Source: a virus
Lineage: Duplodnaviria > Caudoviricetes
DNA: 24,271 nt
Reading direction: 5' to 3' (one strand)
Virus record (IMG/VR): IMGVR_UViG_3300020368_000009
Coordinates: 1-24,271 of that record
The notes under the pieces were generated by a model, which did no database searches, was not told where the DNA came from, and worked only from the letters and a program-made list of their open reading frames with translations. The translations under genes were made by a program, and so were the position numbers. Position 1 is the first letter of the stretch. Each line of letters starts with the position of its first letter. Below, piece after piece: positions 8,970 through 16,335 of this stretch.

Positions 8970-9643
8970 GCTATGTTTGTAAATTTTGTAAAAAGACTTT
9001 TGGCAGTGAACAAACACTGTTAACTCATCTCTGTGAACCAAAAAGAAGATGGACAAATAGAAAAGATGCAAATGTACAATTGGCCTTTAGATGTTTCCAA
9101 CACTTTTGGAGAATCACGGCTACCAATATGAAAAGTGAAAAGACATATGATGATTTTATGACAAGCAAATACTATTTGGCTTTTGTAAGGTTTGCAAATT
9201 ATGTTATGGGTGTCTATATAGCTAGTGTAGAAGATTATATAGAATGGTTGTTGAAATCTCGAGTAAGAATTGATAAATGGTCTACGGACGAAGTTTATGA
9301 AAATTATATAAAAGAGTTCAATGTAAGAGAAAGTGTAGATAGGGCAATTGAAAGGACTGTAATAACTCTTAAGGATTGGGCAGATGAAAATAAAAAAGAT
9401 TGGACTACATTTTTTAATGAAGTAAGTTTGCCACGTGCAATACACATGATAAGATCTGGAAAAATATCACCGTGGATACTTTATAACAGCAAGGGCGGAA
9501 TCAAACTTATGGAATCACTTAACGAAGAACAAATGATAATGATAGAAGAATATGTCTCGCCAACCAGCTGGACAAAAAGATTTCAACAAAGTCCAGATGA
9601 TGTTAAGTTCGTACTTGATGTAACAAAGGCGGCAGGATTATGA
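8966..9643 (+). CDS. Zn-finger protein (CxxC-x12-H-x-C) with possible gp59 helicase-loader-like body
   Basis: N-terminal YVCKFCKKTF...LLTHLC; the remainder loosely aligns by eye to gp59 (e.g. IHMIRSGKISP vs IFKLLQSNIISF). Confidence 0.5.
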   Translation: MSYVCKFCKKTFGSEQTLLTHLCEPKRRWTNRKDANVQLAFRCFQHFWRITATNMKSEKTYDDFMTSKYYLAFVRFANYVMGVYIASVEDYIEWLLKSRVRIDKWSTDEVYENYIKEFNVRESVDRAIERTVITLKDWADENKKDWTTFFNEVSLPRAIHMIRSGKISPWILYNSKGGIKLMESLNEEQMIMIEEYVSPTSWTKRFQQSPDDVKFVLDVTKAAGL

Positions 9644-10224
9644 CAATAGTTAAAACTGATATAGATATAGATACTAAAGATAGAAACATACTTCTAGATC
9701 TAATAAAGCACACTTCAGCTGGAATAGTGAAAGATAATATCATTAAGAAACATAATACAGGTGTGTATGTTACTGATATACCAACTGATCCTTTACAAGC
9801 TATCAGCAGTATAGATTATAATGAAGCCGAAGATAGAGGATATTTTAAGTTAGATATATTGAATGTTGGAATATATGAAGAAGTAGAAAACGAAGATCAC
9901 TTAATTAAACTAATGTCAGCTGAACCAGATTGGAACCTATTACAACACAAAGAAATTGTAGAACAACTCTTTCATATACATAATCATTTTGATATAATAA
10001 AAAAACTTAAACCAAATTCTGTGGAACAACTTGCGGCTGTTTTAGCAATAATAAGACCTGCTAAAAGAAAATTATTAAACGAATCTTGGGATACTATTAA
10101 TAAAGAAGTATGGGCAAAACCAACTGATGGTACATATTTCTTTAAGAAAAGTCACGCAGTAGGTTATGCACTGGCGATAATTCTACAGTTAAATCTATTA
10201 ATTGAGAAGGCAAAAAAGAACTAG
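9640..10224 (+). CDS. Minimal DNA polymerase III alpha (DnaE, family C)-like catalytic core, 194 aa
   Basis: Ordered motifs DIDID, KHNTGVYV, GYFKLDIL, LFHI, KP.SVEQLAAVLAIIRP, YFFKKSHAVGY correspond to DnaE PDxDxD, HAxGVVI, GLVKFDFLGL, VFQL, P..F.D..A..AL.RP, YGFNKSHA.AY. Confidence 0.85.
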   Translation: MTIVKTDIDIDTKDRNILLDLIKHTSAGIVKDNIIKKHNTGVYVTDIPTDPLQAISSIDYNEAEDRGYFKLDILNVGIYEEVENEDHLIKLMSAEPDWNLLQHKEIVEQLFHIHNHFDIIKKLKPNSVEQLAAVLAIIRPAKRKLLNESWDTINKEVWAKPTDGTYFFKKSHAVGYALAIILQLNLLIEKAKKN

Positions 10225-10232
10225 TTCTTTTT
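10213..10232. repeat. Perfect 20-bp palindrome at the convergent gene junction
   Basis: AAAAAGAACTAGTTCTTTTT; the central CTAG supplies both TAG stops. Confidence 0.9.
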
Positions 10233-10586
10233 AAGAAGACTTATATTTCTTCTTATAATCCTTTTTTTCAGTACATTGTTGATACTTGTTGTAGGGCCGA
10301 ACACAACTTCCACATCTTTTGTATTAAACGTTTTGATACATTCTCTATATCTGTATAGTTCTCTGTTCAGAAATATATTGATTGGAATGGTTCTGTTAGA
10401 TTCCCACCACCAAATCTCTCCCAAATCTAGGAACTCTTCTTTAAGTTTCTCGCTTTTGATAAGGTCATACACGTAAATAGATGTCACGTGTGTATCCTGA
10501 TTCTGTAAAATACCAACGTATTCGTTGTTTGCGTACTTAATACAGCTCAGAAACGGAAATTTCTCTTGTAATTCTGCGTAATCCAT
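10221..10586 (-). CDS. Hypothetical protein (121 aa), the only minus-strand gene
   Basis: Exactly fills the gap between two + genes; globular-looking sequence (FPFLS, YVGILQN, WWWESNR.IPINIFL). Confidence 0.8.
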   Translation of the reverse strand: MDYAELQEKFPFLSCIKYANNEYVGILQNQDTHVTSIYVYDLIKSEKLKEEFLDLGEIWWWESNRTIPINIFLNRELYRYRECIKTFNTKDVEVVFGPTTSINNVLKKRIIRRNISLLKKN

Positions 10587-10591
10587 AAATA
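10584..10591 (+). promoter_or_regulatory. Late-type promoter CATAAATA
   Basis: Ends 5 nt before ATG 10597; overlaps the start codon of the divergent gene. Confidence 0.6.
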
Positions 10592-10596
10592 TTAAT

Positions 10597-11388
10597 ATGT
10601 CAAGCTCACTAACTCTATATGTTTATAACAATACTTATACTTTGTCAACCTCTACGAAGTTAAATAACAGTATGCCTTTATATGATAAGAACATATTACT
10701 ATACTCTGGAGTAGATAACAAGACAAATTTTAAGATTGTTACGGATAATAATACGCCTAAGAATCTAACAAGTTTGACTGTACACTTCAACATAACAGAT
10801 ATCGAGAACGGTGAAACTGTTCTATCGAGACCAATGACCGTTACAAATGCAACAAGAGGTGAAGCTGAAATTGATATAACACAGTCAGACCTGTACAGCA
10901 TAGCCGAAGGTTTTTATAACTTTACGGTATATACGGTAGATTCTAGTCAAGTAAGATCAGCGGTCTACACCGATAGAGCCGGTGACATAAGCGGAACAGT
11001 TGAAGTAAAGAATTCAGGTTTACCAAAAACTAGAGCAACACAAACAGCAGATACATTTAGTTTACGTAACACCTATTATTATAGTAATAATTTATCAGGC
11101 TCGACAACACAGAATCTTACTGCTTCAAATCATACACTAGCAGTATACACAACAAACTTTACAGGTAAAGTTCAAATAGAAGGAAATCTTGATAACACAG
11201 CTAGTTCGAATGATAGTGATTGGTTTCCGTTACTAATGAACGGTGAATCAGCAACAGATATTACATACACAGGCGTTTCAGGAATAACACCATACTTCTT
11301 TGTATCGAATACAAAATGGATAAGAATAAGATATAAACCTGACGCAGGTAACACAGGCACATTTGACAAAGTATTATTAAGAAATTAA
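10597..11388 (+). CDS. Probable virion structural protein (Ig-like/BppU-N-like beta sandwich)
   Basis: T/S/N-rich beta protein with F.I..D..P.NLT..TVHFNI.D, ATRGEAEI.IT..DL, G.YNFTV; late promoter upstream. Confidence 0.6.
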   Translation: MSSSLTLYVYNNTYTLSTSTKLNNSMPLYDKNILLYSGVDNKTNFKIVTDNNTPKNLTSLTVHFNITDIENGETVLSRPMTVTNATRGEAEIDITQSDLYSIAEGFYNFTVYTVDSSQVRSAVYTDRAGDISGTVEVKNSGLPKTRATQTADTFSLRNTYYYSNNLSGSTTQNLTASNHTLAVYTTNFTGKVQIEGNLDNTASSNDSDWFPLLMNGESATDITYTGVSGITPYFFVSNTKWIRIRYKPDAGNTGTFDKVLLRN

Positions 11389-11390
11389 TA

Positions 11391-12350
11391 ATGAAATATA
11401 ATACAGTTCTACAACATATATCGCCTAACGATAAGAGATGTTATTCTATGATGGATGCTGATGGTATAGCTCCTAGGAGAAGATTAGTGTTAACAGACTA
11501 TTATGACGAAATACAATTTGAATCACGTGTTAAACGTGCATTAAAAAATGAACATACAAAGCGTCTATTGTCAACAAAAAGTTTAGACGTTGGCGTTTTA
11601 GTTGTAGCTAATAACTTTGGAGAAAAAGGCAAATTACCAACTAAAAATTTACAACAACTCCTGAATTATTTTTTACTAAAGAATGAATACTTGTTGTATC
11701 CTTCAATAGATACACCAAATGATTTTTATAAGAATTTAAATACGAAACTTTATAAATCCTGGCCAGAGCCTATGCAATGTTTTGAGCCTGACTACATATC
11801 TCTATACAACTGTCTATTGGCTTGTTGTATGAAAACAGAATACAATACGGTAGGGTTTCATGGTGATAATTTTGCCAAAAATGATTTCATTGAATTGATA
11901 AAACAGCAGGACGGAGACTTGAAATATCATGGATTTGGTTTTGATATCTTAGTTACTGATAAGTTTATGGATAGGAATTACATACGAGAAATATTAGAAA
12001 CCAATTGCAAAGTGGTTGTTTGTGCTTCGAGTATTGACCTAGATGAACACTACATAAAAGAGTTGATGGACAATGGTGTACAAGTCGTGCCTAGTTCATT
12101 ATCTTGCACAGGAAACTTTTATGTTACAGAAGGATTGGAGTCGGGAACTAGGAACATTGAAGAAAGTTTACAGCTGACAGCAGTTTCAACGCTAGAACTT
12201 AATAAAACCATATGGCATGAAGTACTCAATAAAAGAACAAACTTTTATAAGTTGGTAGAAGAAATATATTTTGCCTGTACTGATGAAAATTCAAAAACAT
12301 CGATTAAATTACTTGAAAAAGGTATTGGCACTATGAGCTTCAAGGCTTAA
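11391..12350 (+). CDS. Degenerate Glu/Leu/Phe/Val dehydrogenase-like protein
   Basis: Colinear resemblance to leucine dehydrogenase across its length (see finding); catalytic and Rossmann glycine motifs are eroded. Confidence 0.5.
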   Translation: MKYNTVLQHISPNDKRCYSMMDADGIAPRRRLVLTDYYDEIQFESRVKRALKNEHTKRLLSTKSLDVGVLVVANNFGEKGKLPTKNLQQLLNYFLLKNEYLLYPSIDTPNDFYKNLNTKLYKSWPEPMQCFEPDYISLYNCLLACCMKTEYNTVGFHGDNFAKNDFIELIKQQDGDLKYHGFGFDILVTDKFMDRNYIREILETNCKVVVCASSIDLDEHYIKELMDNGVQVVPSSLSCTGNFYVTEGLESGTRNIEESLQLTAVSTLELNKTIWHEVLNKRTNFYKLVEEIYFACTDENSKTSIKLLEKGIGTMSFKA

Positions 12351-12353
12351 TAG

Positions 12354-12382
12354 TTGACTTCTTCGCTATTTTAGTATACAAT
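12354..12382 (+). promoter_or_regulatory. sigma70-type promoter of primase (predicted leaderless)
   Basis: TTGACT(12354-12359)-17 bp-TACAAT(12377-12382); ATG 6 nt downstream. Confidence 0.8.
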
Positions 12383-12388
12383 AGCACT

Positions 12389-13384
12389 ATGAACTTACAA
12401 TCTACAATCTTAACAGCTATTAGTGGGTCCACTAAAAAGACTCCTAGTGGGTGGCATACAATAAACTGTCCGATGTGTACAACACAAGGTCATGCAAGAA
12501 ATGATAAAAGACACAGAGGTGGATTTAAGTTCAGTGACGTAGTAAGTTATCACTGTTTCAATTGTGGATACAAGGCTTCTTTTACTCCAGGTAGGCTGAT
12601 AGGTAGGAAACTACAGAGCCTTCTTATCGAGATAGGAGTAAGTGAACAGAAAGTAAAAGAGTTACAGTTCGAAGCAATGAAGTTAAAAGACGCGGACATT
12701 GAAATAGGAAAAAAATACGATAGTGTTACAGAATTCAAAGAAAGAAAATTGCCAAAAGGTGCAAGACTACTTAAAGATATTATTAACGATAATGATCCAC
12801 CGGCTGATGCATTATTTGTTTACAAGTATATAATTGATAGAGATTTAGAATTTTATCATAATTTTCATTGGAGCCCTGATCCATATATGAAAATTAATAA
12901 AAGATTAATTGTTCCTTTTACTGCAAAAGGACAAACAGTAGGATATACAGGTAGAGTAATTGAAGATATACCAAATGTACCAAAATATTATAGTGACGTA
13001 CAACCTGGATATCTTTTTAATATTGACAATTTACATACTGATAGAAAGTATGTTATAATAACGGAGGGTGTGTTAGATGCGTTATCAATAAATGCAATCA
13101 GTTCGCTAGGTAACAAGTTAACACAAGGTCAGATAGATCTAATAAATGCTACAGGTAAAACTATTATAGTTTGTCCTGACAGAGATAAGTCAGGTAGCAA
13201 TTTGATTGATGTGGCTGTTGAAAACAATTGGATGGTTAGTTTTCCTAAATGGGAAGCTAATATTAAAGACTGTGCTGATGCAGTTAAAAAATATGGAAGA
13301 TTGTACACTTTGAAATCTGTAATAGATAGTGCAGTTTCAAACAAAGCAAAAATTCAAGTATATAAAAAAATAGGAGTTGCATAA
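12389..13384 (+). CDS. gp61: DNA primase (T4 gp61-like)
   Basis: Zn ribbon CPMC...YHCFNCG, RLIVPF...GYTGR, PKY, TOPRIM ITEGVLDA and PDRDKSG, KDCADA. Confidence 0.92.
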   Translation: MNLQSTILTAISGSTKKTPSGWHTINCPMCTTQGHARNDKRHRGGFKFSDVVSYHCFNCGYKASFTPGRLIGRKLQSLLIEIGVSEQKVKELQFEAMKLKDADIEIGKKYDSVTEFKERKLPKGARLLKDIINDNDPPADALFVYKYIIDRDLEFYHNFHWSPDPYMKINKRLIVPFTAKGQTVGYTGRVIEDIPNVPKYYSDVQPGYLFNIDNLHTDRKYVIITEGVLDALSINAISSLGNKLTQGQIDLINATGKTIIVCPDRDKSGSNLIDVAVENNWMVSFPKWEANIKDCADAVKKYGRLYTLKSVIDSAVSNKAKIQVYKKIGVA

Positions 13385-13983
13385 TGCAAACAGAAACAAA
13401 AAATAAAAAAACACAGGCACAAGCACCTAAGCCACCGATACAGCCAGGACAACTGATGTATGAAAGTGGCATAATCTACTTTAGTGATCATTTCGACAGC
13501 ACAACGACTAAACCTGTCATAAACATGATTATTGAAAAGAATTTACTGCCACAAAGAGAAAGACCGAAAGAATTAACCTTAGTCATTAATTCACCAGGAG
13601 GTGGAGTGCATAGTGCATTCGCATTGATCGATACAATGAAAGGTTCGGCTATACCTATAAAAACAATAGGGTTAGGAATGATAGCCAGTTGTGGTATATT
13701 AACTTTCATGTCCGGCACCAAAGGCAAAAGACTTATAACACCAAATACTAGCATTCTTTCACATCAATACAGTTGGGGTAGTGCAGGTAAGGAACATGAA
13801 CTATTTGCAAGAGTAAGAGAGTTTGAGTTGAGCACTTCAAGAATGATTGATCATTATAAAAAGTGTACTGGAATGAGTGAGAAGAAAATTAGAGAAGTTT
13901 TATTACCAGCAGAAGACGTTTGGTTAAGTGCCAAAGAAGCAGTAAAATACGGAATCGCTGACAAGATTGTTTCAACATATTAA
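13384..13983 (+). CDS. clpP: ClpP-family serine protease
   Basis: INSPGG, GMIASCG (Ser), ILSHQ (His), EDVWLSAKEAVKYGIADKI (Asp): complete triad. Confidence 0.92.
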   Translation: MQTETKNKKTQAQAPKPPIQPGQLMYESGIIYFSDHFDSTTTKPVINMIIEKNLLPQRERPKELTLVINSPGGGVHSAFALIDTMKGSAIPIKTIGLGMIASCGILTFMSGTKGKRLITPNTSILSHQYSWGSAGKEHELFARVREFELSTSRMIDHYKKCTGMSEKKIREVLLPAEDVWLSAKEAVKYGIADKIVSTY

Positions 13984-13995
13984 AAGGAGAAAAAG

Positions 13996-14613
13996 TTGAA
14001 CGTAGAACTTATAGATAAGATGGGCACGGATCTCACGGTTGTTAACTCAGCTAGAGTCAGCTTTGGAAAAAACAAAGAGGTAATGGATGCAGGTGATGAA
14101 AAACTTATTAGCTTTTTAGCTAAACACAATCATTGGTCACCATTTGCACATTGCACATTGCAATTTCGAATAAAGGCTCCTGTGTTTGTTGCAAGGCAAC
14201 TGGTCAAGCATCAAGTAGGTTTAAGTTGGAATGAAATATCAAGAAGGTATGTAGATAATGAACCGGAATTTTATATACCTAAAAGTTGGAGATTACGTGC
14301 TGATGATAAAAAACAAGGTAGTAGTGATGAAACTATTGAGTATGATATTAGTAGTACTATGGAATTTTTAAAACAAACATATCAAAATTTGTTAGGACAG
14401 AAGGTTGCACCAGAAATGGCAAGAATGGTTCTACCACAAAATATGTATACAGAGTGGTATTGGACAGGAACCTTATATGCTTTTGCTAGGATTTGTGATT
14501 TAAGGTGTGCAATGGATACTCAAGCAGAAACAAGAGTTGTAGCAGATCAAATAGATGAGTTAACCCAAAAAGAATTTCCTATAAGTTGGAAATACTTGCG
14601 AAATAATGATTAG
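13996..14613 (+). CDS. thyX: Flavin-dependent thymidylate synthase
   Basis: VNSARVSF, HWSPFAH, APVFVARQLVKHQ..SWNEISRRYV, PEMARMVLPQ; TTG start with AAGGAG SD at 13984-13989. Confidence 0.95.
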   Translation: MNVELIDKMGTDLTVVNSARVSFGKNKEVMDAGDEKLISFLAKHNHWSPFAHCTLQFRIKAPVFVARQLVKHQVGLSWNEISRRYVDNEPEFYIPKSWRLRADDKKQGSSDETIEYDISSTMEFLKQTYQNLLGQKVAPEMARMVLPQNMYTEWYWTGTLYAFARICDLRCAMDTQAETRVVADQIDELTQKEFPISWKYLRNND

Positions 14614-14624
14614 TATAGTATAGT
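14596..14624 (+). promoter_or_regulatory. sigma70-type promoter of helicase (predicted leaderless)
   Basis: TTGCGA(14596-14601)-17 bp-TATAGT(14619-14624); ATG 6 nt downstream. Confidence 0.7.
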
Positions 14625-14630
14625 AGTAAC

Positions 14631-16037
14631 ATGGCAACAGTATACACAGACGATTTACAGAAGTTATTCATAGAGTTTATGATAACTGACAGTGAGCTTT
14701 TTGTAAGGACAAGAAACATTATTAGCCCAACTTACTTTAGTAAGAAGTATTTTGATACAGTAGAAATGCTGATTGATCATGCTGACAAATATAAGACACT
14801 GCCAACTATAGATCAGGTAAAAGCAAAATGTGAAATTGATCTTACTCCTGTACCAAACTTAGATGAAGCACAAAAAGACTGGTTCTTAGATGAGTTTGAA
14901 ACTTTTTGTAGGCACAAGGCACTTGAAAAAGCAATCATTGAAAGTGCTGATCTTTTAGAAAAGTCAGAATACGGAACAGTTGAAGATAAAATTAAACAAG
15001 CAGTGCGTATAGGATTGACAAAAGATTTAGGTATAGATTATTTTGATGATCCAAAGGCTAGATTGATGAGATTAAAAGATAGTAATGGTACAATAAGCAC
15101 AGGATGGAAATCATTAGATAAGAAATTGTACGGTGGATTCAACAGAGGAGAACTTAATATATTTGCAGGTAGTTCAGGTGCTGGTAAGAGTTTGTTTTTA
15201 CAGAACATAGCAATGAACTTTCTTGAAGCTGGACAGAATGTTGTGTATTTTACATTTGAGTTAAGTGAAGAATTAAGTGCAATGAGAGTTGATTCAATGA
15301 CAACAGGTGTACCAACTAATGAAATATTTAAAAAGATAGATGAAGTAGAATTAGCTGTAAAACTAAAAAGACAAAAATCTGGAGGCTCATTTCAGATCAA
15401 ATATATGCCATCTGGATCTAACACAAATGATATAAGATCATACGTTAAGGAATTTACAATTCAAAAAGGTGTAGCACCTGATGTAGTGTTAGTGGACTAT
15501 TTAGATTTAATGTTTCCGGTAAACAAGAAGATATCTCCGGCAGATATGTTTATTAAAGATAAGTTTGTATCTGAAGAGTTAAGAAATTTTGCAGTAGAAC
15601 AGCAAGTAGTTTTAGTAACAGCATCTCAGTTGAACAGAGGTGCAATAGAAGAAGTGGAATATGATCAGAGTCATATAGCTGGTGGTATTAGTAAGATTAA
15701 TACTGCTGATAATTTGATAGGAATATTTACAAGTAGAGCAATGAGAGAACGAGGTAGATATCAAATACAGTTAATTAAAACAAGATCAAGTGGTGGAGTT
15801 GGAAGTAAAATTGACCTAGCATTTGATGTTGACAGGCTTAGAATAACAGACTTAGATGAAGATGAAGAAGGTATAAACGTAATGCCATCATCTGGTGAAT
15901 CTATAGCACAAACACTCACAAAAAGAACGTCTACTGTAACAAATAAAAGTGAAGCTAGTGTAGTTGCAGAAAAAACAGAAATGGCTAAAGGGCTAAGAGA
16001 CTTGTTAAAAGCACAGCAAAAACAGTTCGATGAGTAG
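14631..16037 (+). CDS. gp41: Replicative DnaB-like helicase (T4 gp41-like)
   Basis: GSSGAGKS Walker A, YFTFELSE, VLVDYLDLM, TASQLNR, KTRSS. Confidence 0.95.
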   Translation: MATVYTDDLQKLFIEFMITDSELFVRTRNIISPTYFSKKYFDTVEMLIDHADKYKTLPTIDQVKAKCEIDLTPVPNLDEAQKDWFLDEFETFCRHKALEKAIIESADLLEKSEYGTVEDKIKQAVRIGLTKDLGIDYFDDPKARLMRLKDSNGTISTGWKSLDKKLYGGFNRGELNIFAGSSGAGKSLFLQNIAMNFLEAGQNVVYFTFELSEELSAMRVDSMTTGVPTNEIFKKIDEVELAVKLKRQKSGGSFQIKYMPSGSNTNDIRSYVKEFTIQKGVAPDVVLVDYLDLMFPVNKKISPADMFIKDKFVSEELRNFAVEQQVVLVTASQLNRGAIEEVEYDQSHIAGGISKINTADNLIGIFTSRAMRERGRYQIQLIKTRSSGGVGSKIDLAFDVDRLRITDLDEDEEGINVMPSSGESIAQTLTKRTSTVTNKSEASVVAEKTEMAKGLRDLLKAQQKQFDE

Positions 16038-16066
16038 TATGATGTGTTTATATTATTATTTTACGT

Positions 16067-16074
16067 AATAAATA
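16067..16074 (+). promoter_or_regulatory. Late-type promoter AATAAATA
   Basis: Ends 6 nt before ATG 16081, at the head of the putative late block. Confidence 0.55.
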
Positions 16075-16080
16075 ATTAAC

Positions 16081-16335
16081 ATGAGAAAGCAAACACGTTC
16101 AATATTAGAAGAAATTAGTAAAGTAGTTCCGTCAACCGATGTGAATAATGTCGTAGAAACTAGGGCTAGTCATGTGATTACGTCAGCAATTAACTTAACA
16201 AAGATGATATATGAGTCGTATGATGAAGGAGTAGCTGATGATCTAGTCAAAAGATTTGTAAATAGTATTAAGACACAAGATCCTAGAAAATTTGAACGTG
16301 GAATAAAAAAGTTGAACGAAGATGAAAGCAAATGA
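16081..16335 (+). CDS. Hypothetical protein (84 aa)
   Basis: ORF after a late motif, overlapping the next gene. Confidence 0.75.
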   Translation: MRKQTRSILEEISKVVPSTDVNNVVETRASHVITSAINLTKMIYESYDEGVADDLVKRFVNSIKTQDPRKFERGIKKLNEDESK

